DNA from: an uncultured Alphaproteobacteria bacterium
GTDB taxonomy: Bacteria > Pseudomonadota > Alphaproteobacteria > Rhizobiales > Xanthobacteraceae
Length of the DNA: 64,000 bases
Assembly: GCA_963732015.1 (NCBI GenBank)
Contig: CAVSXY010000013.1
Coordinates: forward strand, 3,662 to 67,661
Direction of reading: 5' to 3'
Each line of letters begins with the position of its first letter. Positions within the stretch are counted from its first letter, which is position 1. The notes below the pieces were generated by a model. It did not search any database, was not told the origin of the DNA, and worked only from the letters and a program-made list of their open reading frames with translations. Shown here one piece after another: positions 20,726-31,719 of this stretch. Position numbers and translations under genes: made by a program.

Positions 20726-21760
20726 CTATGCCGGCGCAAGTTTCATCATGGCCAGCGCCGCGCGGCCGTTGTGGCTATATGGATTGCCAAGCGATTGCTC
20801 CATGTCGACGTGGCTGTAGTTCGCGGCCTCGATCAACTCGACCGGTTTGCCGGCCGCCTTCACCGCTGCGGCAAAGTCGCGGGCCTGACGCTGGAATTCG
20901 GGCGTCTCATAGCTGCCATAGGTCACGATGAGCGGAGCCCGCAGCAGATCGATATGCCGCTGCGAACTCATTGCCTGCTCCATGTCGTCGGTGAATTTGA
21001 CGTAAGAGTTGCGCTTGGAGAGGCGCACGGCTTTCATGTCGTACATGCCGCTCATGCACATGCCGCTCTTCACGATCGTCTCGGGTACGCCGAAGCCGTT
21101 TTTCCAATCGGTCACCAGCGCAACGGCTGACAGATGCCCGCCCGAGGAATGACCACCGATATAAAGCCGGTCCGGATCGCCGTCGAAACTTGCGGCATTC
21201 TTGTAGGTCCAGGCGATGGCGCGGCGCACCTGGTCGGCCATCACGCGCAGATCGCCGTTTGCCGCGTCGGCCCTGACGAAGTCGGGCGAAACGAAATGGG
21301 CGCCCGCATTGAGGAACACTTCAGCGATAAAGGCGCGATTCTTGGCAGGCCCGCCGAGCCACGCACCGCCATGAATGAAGACGAAGATCGGCGCGTGCGG
21401 CCGTTTGGTTTGATAGATATCGATCTTCTCGATCTCCGTCGGGCCGTAAGCCTCGCGGCGCGGCGGGCCGAGGCGCTCAAGCGTCAGTTCGCTGTCGCTG
21501 ATGAATCGCGCGATGGCTTGCCGGGTTGGCGCGTAGAACGACTGGTCGTAGGCGGCGTCAAGGTCGACCTGATCCATATCCATCCAGACCAGAGGACCTT
21601 GCTGATGCGGCGGCGGTCCGAATTGGCAGCTGTCGGCAAACGCAGGCATCGATGCCATCGGAACCGTCGTGGCAGCCGTCGCGCCGGCCGCGTTCAAGAT
21701 CGTTCGCCGGGTGACCCGCGTTGCGGTTCGCCGCCATGATTTGCTGCTGTCGGTGCTCAT
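20726..21760 (-). CDS. Alpha/beta hydrolase (esterase/lipase-type) with a Tat-like signal
   Basis: RRTILNAAGATAATT, HGGAW oxyanion motif, GGHSSGG nucleophile elbow. Confidence 0.8.
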   Translation of the reverse strand: MSTDSSKSWRRTATRVTRRTILNAAGATAATTVPMASMPAFADSCQFGPPPHQQGPLVWMDMDQVDLDAAYDQSFYAPTRQAIARFISDSELTLERLGPPRREAYGPTEIEKIDIYQTKRPHAPIFVFIHGGAWLGGPAKNRAFIAEVFLNAGAHFVSPDFVRADAANGDLRVMADQVRRAIAWTYKNAASFDGDPDRLYIGGHSSGGHLSAVALVTDWKNGFGVPETIVKSGMCMSGMYDMKAVRLSKRNSYVKFTDDMEQAMSSQRHIDLLRAPLIVTYGSYETPEFQRQARDFAAAVKAAGKPVELIEAANYSHVDMEQSLGNPYSHNGRAALAMMKLAPA

Positions 21761-21991
21761 GCGACCCTCCCCTTGGTATCATTGTTTTTTGCAAGTTTAG
21801 CACACTGGGCTTCCCCGCACGTGCAATCCGCGGCGCTGTCACTGGGTGTGAAAATCAGCCCTGTCGAAAGCGCAATCGCGTAGCTCGCTGCAAGTAATGG
21901 TGGCACTCTTCCGGACGGGCGAAAAATCGCTACCCTTCGCATCAGTTTCAGGTTCATCCGGGGAATCCCCGCTCATAAGCAGAGGAATGCC

Positions 21992-22864
21992 ATGACGGTT
22001 ACCGTTAAAACCACGACAGCATTTCACACCTTCATCGCCGCGTGCATGGGCGGACTGCTGGCATCGGCGTTTAGTGTTCCGGCATGGAGCGCGACAACGC
22101 GGCCGCAACAGATCACCTTTCCGGGCGCTCAGGGTCTCACCCTGCAAGGCTGGCTCTACGCGCAGCCGCAGAGCGGACAACAGCCCGCGGTCGTCGCCAT
22201 GCACGGCTGCTCCGGCCTGGTCGAAGACGGCAAGCCGAGCGAGCGCCATGAAGACTGGGGCCAGCGATTGTCCGGGATGGGTTTTGCCGTGCTGTTTCCC
22301 GACAGCTTCACCTCGCGCGGCCTCGGTCCGCAGTGCAAGGTCAGCGACCGCGAAGTCAGCCCGAGCCGCGAACGCACCGACGACGCCAAGGCGGCGCTCG
22401 CCTACCTCGGCACGCTGAGCAACGTGAAGCAGCAGGCAATCTCGCTGATGGGCTGGTCGAATGGCGGCTCGACCGTGCTTTATGCCGCGGAGCCGCGGCA
22501 CGCACCGCATGGAGGGCCGGATTTCGCCAAGGCCGTCGCGTTCTATCCGGGATGCCGCGTCCCGCTTGAGTCCGGCACGTGGAAGACGCGCATGCAGATT
22601 CTCATTTTGATCGGCGCGGCCGACGACTGGACTGCCGCGCAGCCCTGCTCCGATCTCGTCGCTGCGGCCAAGGCGAGCGGCGCCAATGCCGATATCGTGA
22701 CTTATCCCGACGCTTATCACGATTTCGATCACCCGAACTTGCCGGTGCACCTCGTCGAGGGCCTCGCCTTCACCGCATCGGGCACCGGTACCGTGCACAC
22801 CGGAACCAATGCGGCGGCGCGCGCCGACGCCATCAAACGCGTGCCGGCTTATCTCGCGCGCTGA
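21992..22864 (+). CDS. Dienelactone hydrolase family protein
   Basis: AVVAMHGCSGL and LMGWSNGG motifs, with a signal peptide. Confidence 0.8.
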   Translation: MTVTVKTTTAFHTFIAACMGGLLASAFSVPAWSATTRPQQITFPGAQGLTLQGWLYAQPQSGQQPAVVAMHGCSGLVEDGKPSERHEDWGQRLSGMGFAVLFPDSFTSRGLGPQCKVSDREVSPSRERTDDAKAALAYLGTLSNVKQQAISLMGWSNGGSTVLYAAEPRHAPHGGPDFAKAVAFYPGCRVPLESGTWKTRMQILILIGAADDWTAAQPCSDLVAAAKASGANADIVTYPDAYHDFDHPNLPVHLVEGLAFTASGTGTVHTGTNAAARADAIKRVPAYLAR

Positions 22865-22951
22865 ACTTTCGCGCCTTGTCTTCGCCCAAGCGGCGGAGTT
22901 GAATGGCTGTTGGTTCAGGCAATCGGGCCGCAATCCGCTGGCGAGGACATC

Positions 22952-23644
22952 ATGGCGAAATACCTTCTGGTGAGCTTCAAGACCTGCCCTTGGGTGCAGC
23001 GGGCGGCCATCGTGCTACGCGAGAAGAATGCGGACTTTGAATTCCGCCACATTGAGCCTGAGAACCGTCCCGATTGGTTTCTTGCCATTTCGCCGCACAA
23101 GAAAGTCCCCGTGCTGCGGCTCGACGACAAGATATCGCTGTTCGAGTCGAGCGCCATCGCCGAGTTTCTCGACGAAACAGTGGCGCCGCGCCTGCATCCA
23201 GACGATCCGGTCGCGCGCGCGATCAATCGAGCCTGGACCGATTATGTCCCCACCTTTGCCGAATCCGTGACGGGCGCGGCCTATGCCGACGACGAAGCCG
23301 CCTACAAGGCGGCGCTGGCGAAAATGCCGGTCGCCTTCGAACGGCTCGAACGCGCTCTCGAAAAGCAGGGTAGCAGACCGTTCTTCAACGGCGCCAAATA
23401 TTCGCTGGTCGACGCCGCCTATGCGCCGTTCCTGCAGCGCTACTATTATCTCGATCGCATCAAGCCGCTCGGCGCGATTGAAAAATTCTCCCGGCTGAAG
23501 GCCTGGGCCGAGGCGCTCGTCAAGCGGCCCTCCACGCATTCGTTCCCCGAGGCGGAGTTCGAAGCGATGTACCGCGCCAACGTGAAGCGCCGCAAGAAAT
23601 GGATCTCGCAGTTCATTCCTGACGTGGCGGTGGCGGCGGAATAG
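22952..23644 (+). CDS. Glutathione S-transferase family protein
   Basis: MAKYLLVSFKTCPWVQRAAIVLREKNADFEFRHIE...KKVPVLRLDD...ESSAIAEFL is a thioredoxin-like N-domain. Confidence 0.8.
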   Translation: MAKYLLVSFKTCPWVQRAAIVLREKNADFEFRHIEPENRPDWFLAISPHKKVPVLRLDDKISLFESSAIAEFLDETVAPRLHPDDPVARAINRAWTDYVPTFAESVTGAAYADDEAAYKAALAKMPVAFERLERALEKQGSRPFFNGAKYSLVDAAYAPFLQRYYYLDRIKPLGAIEKFSRLKAWAEALVKRPSTHSFPEAEFEAMYRANVKRRKKWISQFIPDVAVAAE

Positions 23645-23685
23645 AGCGCACGCTTGCCGAATTTACGCCGCCGTTTTTCGGCTGC

Positions 23686-24060
23686 CTATTTGGACCAGAC
23701 GGCGACGGTGACCGCGATGGTGGTCGCGATTTTCTGAATCAGCCACTTGTTCTCACCGCTGGGAATAATGGTGAAGCAGTTCGGCTTTGCACGGCCCCAG
23801 GTCGTGCAGAACCCTTTCGCGGTGAGCTTCCAGGTCCCGGCATCTTTCTTGGCGGAAGGATCAAGCGATTCCCGAGTGGTCTTGCCATCGGGCGTAAACG
23901 TCATCTTGAAACTGGCGCCTGAAGGACTTTTAGCGGTGAACGGCTCACCGGTGAAAAACTTCGCCTTGATTTCATCAGGCGTCATCGCCGCCGCCGCGGC
24001 GAAGACGGCACCGGTCAGCATGGATAGGGCAAAGACGACAGCTACGCTTGGACGCATCAC
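23686..24060 (-). CDS. Small secreted hypothetical protein
   Basis: MMRPSVAVVFALSMLTGAVFAAAAA signal peptide. The 124-aa frame is intact. Confidence 0.6.
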   Translation of the reverse strand: MMRPSVAVVFALSMLTGAVFAAAAAMTPDEIKAKFFTGEPFTAKSPSGASFKMTFTPDGKTTRESLDPSAKKDAGTWKLTAKGFCTTWGRAKPNCFTIIPSGENKWLIQKIATTIAVTVAVWSK

Positions 24061-24159
24061 ACGGACACCCTCGGTCTTGCCAAAGCGCGTTCACATTCAA
24101 GCCCCGCGAGCGACCGCCGTCAACGACGCGGTGCGAAAGCCCTGTGCCAGCGCCGTCGC

Positions 24160-25452
24160 CTACGCGGCGGCGAGCGCCTGATCGAGATCGGCGATGATAT
24201 CGTCGATGTGCTCGATACCGACCGAAAGCCGCACGTAGCCGTCGGTGACGCCGGTCCTTGCCTGCTCCTCGGGCGTCAGCTGCGAATGCGTCGTGCTCGC
24301 CGGGTGAATGGCGAGCGAGCGGGCGTCGCCGATATTGGCCACGTGATAGAACATCTTCAGGTTGTCGATGAATTTGCGGCCGGCGTCGCGGCCGCCCTTG
24401 AGCTCGAAACCGACAAGACCGCCATAGCCGCCCTTGAGGTAGGTGTCGGCGCGGCGTTTCATCTCGCCGGTCATCTGTCCCGGAAAGATGACCTTCGTGA
24501 CCTTGGGCTGCTTGACGAGATATTGCACTACGGCGGCAGCGTTGCCGCAGTGCTGGCGCATGCGCAGCGCCACGGTCTCGAGTCCCTGGATGAACATGAA
24601 GGCGTTGAACGGCGACATGGCGGCGCCGATGTCGCGCAGCAGCGTGACGCGGGCCTTGATGATGTACGCGATCGGGCCGAGCGGCTTGACCGCCTGCGTC
24701 CAGATCGCGCCGTGATAGCTCGGGTCTGGCGTGTTGAGCATGGGGAAGCGCTCGGCATGCTTCTCCCAGTCGAAATTGCCGCCGTCGACGATGATGCCGC
24801 CGATCGAAGTGCCGTGGCCGCCGATATATTTGGTGGTCGAGTGCATGGTGATGGCGGCGCCGTGCTCGATCGGCCGGCACAGCACCGGACAGGCGGTGTT
24901 GTCCATGATCAGCGGAATGCCGAGTTCGCGGCCGATCTTGGCCACCTCGGCGATGGGGAAAACAGTCAGCTTAGGATTAGGCAGCGTCTCGCCGTAATAG
25001 CAGCGCGTGCGCGCATCGCTGGCGCGGCGGAAATTCTCCGGGTCCGCGGGATCGACGAAGCGGCATTCGATGCCCATGGTGTGCATGGTGTTCTGGAACA
25101 AATTCCAGGTGCCGCCGTAGATGTCGGTCGAGCACAGAAAATTATCGCCGGCGTGACAGATGTTCTGCACGGCGCACAGCGACGCCGCCTGCCCCGACGC
25201 AAGCGCAAGCGCAGCCACGCCACTTTCGAGCGCGGCGACGCGCTCCTCCAGCACCGCCTGGGTCGGATTCATGATCCGGCTGTAGATATTGCCGAATTCT
25301 TTGAGCGCGAACAGATTGGCGGCGTGTTCGGTCGAATTGAATTGGTACGACGTCGTCTGGTAGATCGGCACGGCCACGGCGGTGGTCGCGGGATCGGACC
25401 GGTAGCCGGCATGCAGAACAATGGTTTCCGGGTTGCGGCTGGTCGTAGGCAT
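24160..25452 (-). CDS. metY: O-acetylhomoserine sulfhydrylase (aminocarboxypropyltransferase), PLP-dependent
   Basis: PETIVLHAGYRSDPATTAVAVPIYQTTSYQF...NIYSRIMNPT...HSTTKYIGGHG. The 430-aa frame is intact. Confidence 0.9.
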   Translation of the reverse strand: MPTTSRNPETIVLHAGYRSDPATTAVAVPIYQTTSYQFNSTEHAANLFALKEFGNIYSRIMNPTQAVLEERVAALESGVAALALASGQAASLCAVQNICHAGDNFLCSTDIYGGTWNLFQNTMHTMGIECRFVDPADPENFRRASDARTRCYYGETLPNPKLTVFPIAEVAKIGRELGIPLIMDNTACPVLCRPIEHGAAITMHSTTKYIGGHGTSIGGIIVDGGNFDWEKHAERFPMLNTPDPSYHGAIWTQAVKPLGPIAYIIKARVTLLRDIGAAMSPFNAFMFIQGLETVALRMRQHCGNAAAVVQYLVKQPKVTKVIFPGQMTGEMKRRADTYLKGGYGGLVGFELKGGRDAGRKFIDNLKMFYHVANIGDARSLAIHPASTTHSQLTPEEQARTGVTDGYVRLSVGIEHIDDIIADLDQALAAA

Positions 25453-25561
25453 AGTTCACCCCCTGATGGCCGTCGGAAATCTATTATAGCAGGCTATTGA
25501 AGATTGAGCCGCTGCGGCCTGCTCCGGCAGGCGCAGACTTCAGCGCTTGACCCGATCCATC

Positions 25562-25970
25562 TCATAGCAAGCGGCAACAATCGATCCGCTCGGGCTCAGT
25601 GTAGCACTTCTCCATGCGATCGGGCCCTATAAGCGTGATGTTAAAATAGCCGTCCATATCGGCGCCAAGGATCGTCTTGTTGTCGGCCGCAATCGCCCAC
25701 GCAAACGGCTCTTTGGTATCGGTTACCACGGATGCAGAACGTCCCCAAGCGACCCGACCGTCCTGGCCTTCAACCACATAGGCCGCCTCGATTTCATGCA
25801 CGCGCGGCGCATCGTTGGCTTTTTGCGCGCCGGGATGGTGCGCATTGTTGCCAAAGACGACCGCTTTGCCCTTTCCTGACCAGACACCTCTGAGATCCGG
25901 AATGGCGTCTTGCGCGCCCGCGGCTGAGGCTGAAATTCCAAGCACATCAACGCAGATACGAAACGCATCA
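25562..25970 (-). pseudogene. Small secreted hypothetical protein, one frameshift inside the signal peptide
   Basis: RBS gaggag plus ATGATG at 25970 gives MMRFVSALMCL. A shift near 25935 joins it to ...GISASAAGAQDAIPDLRGVWSGKGKAVVFGNNAHHPG... Confidence 0.5.
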
Positions 25971-26287
25971 TTGCTCTCCTCCTTCGGCCCTGAAACCTGC
26001 CCCTGTTCGGCACGCTTATCGCGAATATTTGCCATGATTGCGGCGGTTCCGTACACGGCCTCACTGATGATCTAGCGGATGAACGCACCGATCCAGACCA
26101 TGCCGGAGTATAAGCGGACTCGCCGGCGACGCGCGGAGATCGGCGGCATTGCCATTCTGTGACATCCGCTTCCAAATCTTTGGTTTTCAAGTCTTTGTTT
26201 CTCGAATTTTTGGCCCCCTGAGCGGCCACTTCCGGCATAGGGGTGCGAACCGCTACGATGTGCCGGCCCGAGCAGCAGGGTAAGGCA

Positions 26288-29200
26288 ATGAAGCGTCGCT
26301 CAACAGCGGGGGCAGGCCGAAAAAGGCGCCGAAGCGGAAAAGCCGCAAGGCGGCGTCGCCGCGGCGCCGCGCGCCGGCACAGGCCTCGCCTCGCCGCCGC
26401 AGCGCACCGCCGGGCCGCGACGTGGAAATCACGCGCGTCATCCGCGAGCGGGACGAGGCGCTGGAACAGCAAAAAGCCTCAAAAGAGGTATTACGCGTCA
26501 TCGGTTCGTCGCGCGGTGATATGAAGCCCGTATTCGAGGCGATCCTCGCGAACGCCTTGCGGATTTGCGAAGCCAAGTTCGGTCACGTCCTGCTCTACGA
26601 TGGCGAACGTTATCATGCAGTGCATCTGCATGAGGTTCCTCCATCCTACCGCGAGTTCTGGAAGCAACACGGCCCGATACGCCCAGGCCCGCACACCGGT
26701 CTCGCCCGGCTCGCACGCACAAAAAAAGTCGCGCATATTCCAAATCTCAAGGCGGATTCCGCATACGCCGAGCGTGACCCATTGCGCGTCGTTACCGTCG
26801 ACCAGGCTGGCGCTCGAACGCTCCTTGCCGTTCCGATGGTCAAGGACGATCAATTGGTCGGCGCAATCATCATTTATCGCCAGGAGGAGATACCGTTCAC
26901 CGACAAACAGATTGCACTGGTGCAGAACTTTGCCGCTCAGGCTCTCATCGCCATCGAGAACGCGCGGCTGCTCAACGAATTGCGGCAGCGCACCGACGAT
27001 CTGACGGAGTCACTTGAGCAGCAGACCGCGACGGCGGAAGTGCTGAGGCTCATTAGCTCGTCGCCCGGCGAATTAGACCCGGTGTTTCATGCAATTTTAG
27101 CCAACGCGACGCGCATCTGTGAGGCCAAATTCCGCACGCTCTACCTTTACGACGGCGACTTGTTTCACTTCCGGGCAGAAGTGGGTTCGCCTCCGAAATA
27201 TGCGGAATTTCAGCGTCGGCGTGGGCCATTTCGGCCGGCGCCCGGCACTCACATGGATCACATCACCCGGACAAAACAGGTGAGCCAAACCGCCGATGCC
27301 GCTGCTGAACCGGTGACTGGTCCAGTCGCAACAATCGGTGGTGCGCGATCTTTCGTGGGCGTGCCAATGCTGAAAGACAATGTGTTGATCGGCATGTTCG
27401 GCGTCTATCGCCAGGAAGTCCGGCCGTTCACCGATAAGCAGATTGCACTGGTTCAGAATTTCGCCGCCCAGGCCGTCATCGCCATCGAGAACGCACGGCT
27501 GCTCAATGAATTGCGTGAGTCGCCGCAACAGCAGACCGCGACCGCCGATGTCCTGAAGATCATCAGCCGCTCGACGTTTGACCTGCAAGCCGTGCTCAAT
27601 ACTCTGGTGGAATCGGCTGCACGGCTGTGCGATGCCGATATGGTCGGCATTGCTCAGCCGCATGGCGACACGTTTCAGCAACACGCCTCCTACGGCTATT
27701 CGCCCGAATACAAAACGCTCCTGGACCACCATCATTTCCCGGTCGGGCGCGGTTCGGTCATCGGCCGTGTCTTGCAAAGTGGCCGCAGCGCTCAGATCGC
27801 CGACGTGCTCGCCGATCCATAATACACATTGAAAGAAGCGGCGAAGATCGGCGGTATTCGCACAGTCCTCGGAATACCGCTGCTGCGCGAAGGAAAGCCC
27901 ATTGGGCTCGTCGTTTTGCAACGCAAAGCGGTTTGGCCCTTCAACGACAAGCAGATCGAAGTGGCGACGACGTTTGCCGATCAGGCCGTCATCGCCATCG
28001 AGAACGCGCGGCTGGTCAACGAATTGCGTCAGCGCACCGACGATCTGACTGAGTCGCTGGAGCAGCAGACGGCAACGACGGAGGTCCTGAAGGTCATCAG
28101 CTCGTCGCCAGGCGAACTGCAGCCAGTCTTCGAAACTCTTCTGAAAAACGCGACGCGCCTGTGTGGGGCGAAGTTCGGCAATCTCGTACTGCGCGAGGGC
28201 GGGAGTTTTCGCGAGGCGGCAACGCATAACGCGCCTGCCGCTTACGTTGAAATCCGCAAGCGAAATCCAATTTTGACTCCCGGCCCTGACGCCCCGCTGA
28301 GCAGAATCGGGCACGTGAAAGGGCCTATCCACGTCGATGATCTATCGATCCTCGTATCACACGAACCGGCCAATTCCAGCGTGCGGGAGCTCTGCGACGT
28401 CGCCGGCGCCCGCACCTTCGTGCTCGTGCCGATGCTCAAGGACGACGAGCTGATCGGAGCAATCGGCATATACCGTCAGGAGGTCCAGCCCTTTACCGAA
28501 AAGCAGATCGAACTGGTCACCAACTTCGCCGCGCAGGCGGTGATCGCAATCGAAAACGCGCGATTGCTAAACGAGCTGCGCGAGTCGCTGCAGCAGCAGA
28601 CCGCGACCGCCGACGTCCTGAAGATCATCAGCCGTTCGACGTTTGATCTGCAAAATGTATTCGATACGCTCGTCAAGTCGGCACACCAGCTATGTGAGGC
28701 GGAGCGATCGTTCTTATTCAGGTTCGACGGCGCGACGTTTAGTTGGGGCGCCGATTTCGGTTTTTCACCTGAATACAAGGAATACATGCGGGATGAACTG
28801 CCCCGCATCAAGCCGGGACGCGACACGTTGATTGGTCGCGTTGCGCTTGAACGAGCTATCCCAGACTTCCTGCACGATGCAGAGGCAAAATGGAGGAAGG
28901 CGTACAGGCTGGGACAGACGGCATCTCTGCTTGGCGTGCCGCTTCTTCGCGATGGCGTTCTGTTCGGCGTACTGGGACTGGTAAGGACGGTGGTTCGCCC
29001 GTTTACCGATGCGCAGATTGAAGTTGCAACGACGTTTGCGGATCAAGCGGTGATCGCCATCGAGAACACGCGGCTGGTCAATGAACTGCGGGAGTTGCTC
29101 GCGCAGCAGACCGCCACGGCCGATGTTCTGAAAGTCATCAGCCGTTCAACGTTCGACCTGCAGGCGGTATTGCAAACACTCGTTGAGTTGGCGGCGCAAC

Positions 29201-31020
29201 TTTGCGAGGCGGATAAAGCGCAAATTCTTCGCCCGAGCGACAACCAGCATTTTTATGCTGCGGCAAGCTTCGGCCATACGCGCGAATACGACGAGTACCT
29301 TAGCACCCTCACCTTTCCGCCGGGACGCGAGGGCGTTGTGGGGCGCGTTCTGCTGGAGCGCAGTCCAGTTCAAATCGCCGACGTTCTCGCTGACCCTGAT
29401 TACCGCTTATTGGAGACCCAGAGATTGGGCGGCTTTCGCACACACCTGGGCGTGCCGCTGCTTCGCGAGGGCAACCCGGTTGGAGTGCTGGTGGTGAGCC
29501 GAGTTACCGTTCGCCCGTTTGATGAGAAGCAGATCGAGCTTTTGACCACGTTCGCCGACCAGGCGGTGATCGCAATCGAGAACGTGCGCCTCTTTGAGGC
29601 CGAACAGCAGCGCACGCTTGAGCTCAGCGAAGCGCTCGAACACCAAACCGCGACCAGCGAGGTGCTCAACGTCATCAGCCGTTCGCCGACCAATGCGCAG
29701 CCGGTTTTCGAAGCCATTTGTGAAAGTGCGTCGCGTCTGTGCGATGCGGCATTCAGTGTTGCCTGGAGGTACGATGGCGAGCTCCTTTTCTATGTGGCAA
29801 GTCACAACTTCACGCCCGAAGTCCTCGATAAACTCTTCAAGGCCTTTCCCAAGCCGCCGGACCGTTCGTTGGCTGCCGGCCGGGCAATATTGGACGGCAA
29901 GATAGCCCACGTGCCCGATATGCTCGGGGATCCGACATATGCACACGAGCTGGCACTGGCGGGGAATTGGCGAGCCTCGATTGCGGTTCCCATGCTGCGC
30001 GACGGCAAGTCGATCGGTGCGATTTCTGTCGGCAAAACTGAAGCCGAACCGTTTTCGGAACGGCAGATGCAGCTACTCACCACCTTCGCCGACCAGGCAG
30101 TTATCGCTATAGAAAATGCGAGGCTGTTCGACGAGGTGCAGGAGCGCACGCGCGAACTGGCAAAATCACTCGATGATCTGCGGACTGCCCAGGATCGCCT
30201 GGTGCAGACCCAAAAGCTCGCCTCGCTCGGCCAACTCACCGCCGGCATCGCCCACGAAATCAAGAACCCGCTCAACTTCGTCAACAACTTCTCGGGCATT
30301 TCGGTCGAACTGATCGACGAATTGCGCGACGCCGTGACGCGTGTCACCGTTGACGACAAGACGCATGCCGACATTGTCGAGCTGGCGGACATGCTGCGCG
30401 ACAATCTCAACAAGATCGCGCAGCACGGCAAACGCGCCGACTCCATCGTCAAGAATATGCTGCTGCATTCGCGCGAAGGCTCGGGCGATCATCGATTGGT
30501 CGACATCAACGCCCTGGTCGAGGAAAGCCTCAATCTCGCCTATCACGCCGCCCGGGCGGAGAAACAAGGCTTCACCATCGCGCTGGAGCGGTCGTTCGAT
30601 CCGGCGGTCGGCGAAGCCGATGTCTACCCCCAGGAGATCACGAGAGTCCTCCTGAATCTGATCTCGAACGGCTTCTATGCGGCGATCCAGCGGGGAAGCC
30701 AGTCCGGCAGCGACGGCTATGAGCCGACCTTGACGGCGTCGACCAGAAACCGCGGCGACCATGTCGAGATCAGCATCCGCGACAATGGTACCGGCATTCC
30801 GCCGGACGTGAAGGAACAGATGTTCAATCCGTTCTTCACGACCAAGCCCACCGGCGAGGGAACCGGGCTCGGTCTGTCGATCAGCCATGACATCGTGGTC
30901 AAGCAGCATGCCGGGACCATAGAGGTCGACACCTGGCCGGGCGAGTACACCGAGATCAGAGTCATTCTGCCGCGCACGGCGGCGTCTGCGGCTGAAGCGG
31001 ACGGACGAACGCGATCCTAA
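26288..31020 (+). pseudogene. Soluble sensor histidine kinase with seven tandem GAF domains plus HisKA and HATPase_c. One frameshift (G-run 26308-26312) and one in-frame TAA (27820-27822).
   Basis: MKRRSTAGG(R)[11 protein letters not shown]... basic tail. Seven modules are each preceded by the linker IEN(A/T/V)RL.NELR...QQTAT.(E/D)VL..IS.S. H-box [13 protein letters not shown] (His codon 30253-30255). N-box [10 protein letters not shown]1 DNGTGI, G2 GEGTGLGLS. No TM segment and no receiver domain. Confidence 0.85.
26941..30150 (+). repeat. Intragenic tandem module repeats (period ~510-550 bp) of the GAF kinase
   Basis: The linker DNA (gc(c/g)gt(c/g)atcgc(c/a)atcga(g/a)aac...) recurs at 26941, 27472, 27985, 28537, 29047, 29563 and 30097. 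Confidence 0.7.
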
Positions 31021-31023
31021 CTC

Positions 31024-31042
31024 CGCGGCGGAGATCGCCGCG
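31024..31042. terminator. GC-rich hairpin between convergent genes (possible bidirectional terminator)
   Basis: cgcggcg-gagat-cgccgcg lies directly after the kinase stop. There is no clear U-tract. Confidence 0.3.
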
Positions 31043-31052
31043 ACGGCGCGCG

Positions 31053-31394
31053 CTAATGCGTGTTGCTTCTGAGCGTACCGATGAGCTGAGTCGCCGCGTT
31101 TCTCAGGGGCTGCTTGGGCTGAGCGGCGCAAAACTCGTCGATCGCCGCGAGCAGCTTATCCCCCGTGGCGTCTTGGAGGAGGTCCGTCGTCCTGCGCTCC
31201 AGGACGTCGCTCGAATTGACGCCGCTGACGTAACCGAACACCCAGGACATGTAGGCTTGGGCGACCGCGGATTCCGAGCGCCGCTCCTGGGTCCATGACT
31301 CACAGGGCACATGTCCAAAGCCGATATATGCCTGCGCAAACGCTGGCGCCGCCAGCGAGGCCAAGACAGCCAGCGCAGCAGGAACTTTCTGCAT
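31053..31394 (-). CDS. Small secreted hypothetical protein
   Basis: MQKVPAALAVLASLAAPAFAQ signal peptide, then AYIGFGHVPCESWTQERRS...IDEFCAAQPKQPL. The longer 284-aa track ORF is rejected: its upstream part is antisense shadow. Confidence 0.55.
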   Translation of the reverse strand: MQKVPAALAVLASLAAPAFAQAYIGFGHVPCESWTQERRSESAVAQAYMSWVFGYVSGVNSSDVLERRTTDLLQDATGDKLLAAIDEFCAAQPKQPLRNAATQLIGTLRSNTH

Positions 31395-31644
31395 CGTCGT
31401 CAGTGCCCATCCTGGCGCTCTCTGGGATTTCGACGGAGCGAAAGGCATGCTTCCCAGCCTTTTCCGTGACAGGACGACGACGTTCCACAGTGCTGACGGC
31501 AGCCAGCGATCATCGTAGCCACCAACATATAGCGAATCCCACCCTGGTGTGAACGTGGCGCCGTCCGGAGCTTTCCCAAGGCGGGTTGGAACCAATAAGA
31601 TGCTGGGACCGCTACGATGGAGTGTCAGAAGTCTCGGGGAGACA

Positions 31645-31719
31645 ATGCGTCGGCGGGATTTCGTCACGCTTTTTGGCGGTACCGCGCTTGTACTTCCATT
31701 CGCAGCGCGCGCGCAGCAA
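31645..31719 (+). pseudogene. Remnant of a PF04392-type binding protein (signal peptide only)
   Basis: MRRRDFVTLFGGTALVLPFAARAQQ matches the N-termini of the six full paralogs. Family similarity stops abruptly after it. Confidence 0.5.

Noticed and set aside
24208-25500. 430-aa plus-strand ORF exactly mirroring metY
   Set aside because: This is an antisense shadow ORF typical of high-GC DNA. Its translation is Arg/Gly/Ala-rich with no motifs, whereas the minus-strand frame is an unmistakable PLP-dependent MetY.
25453-25561. Possible SAM-II/SAM-V riboswitch in the metY leader
   Set aside because: I read the reverse-strand leader (…ctgctataatagatttccgacggccatcagggggtgaact-ATG). I could not find the conserved pseudoknot elements I remember for SAM-II/V (the U-rich strand plus AAAGCU). 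Only a covariance-model scan could settle the question.
26941-30150. Regularly spaced ~30-120 bp repeats with ~520 bp period, considered as a possible CRISPR-like or tandem array
   Set aside because: The repeats lie in one reading frame and encode the conserved linker between GAF domains of a single kinase gene. The spacing is far larger than CRISPR spacers, and no cas genes are present.
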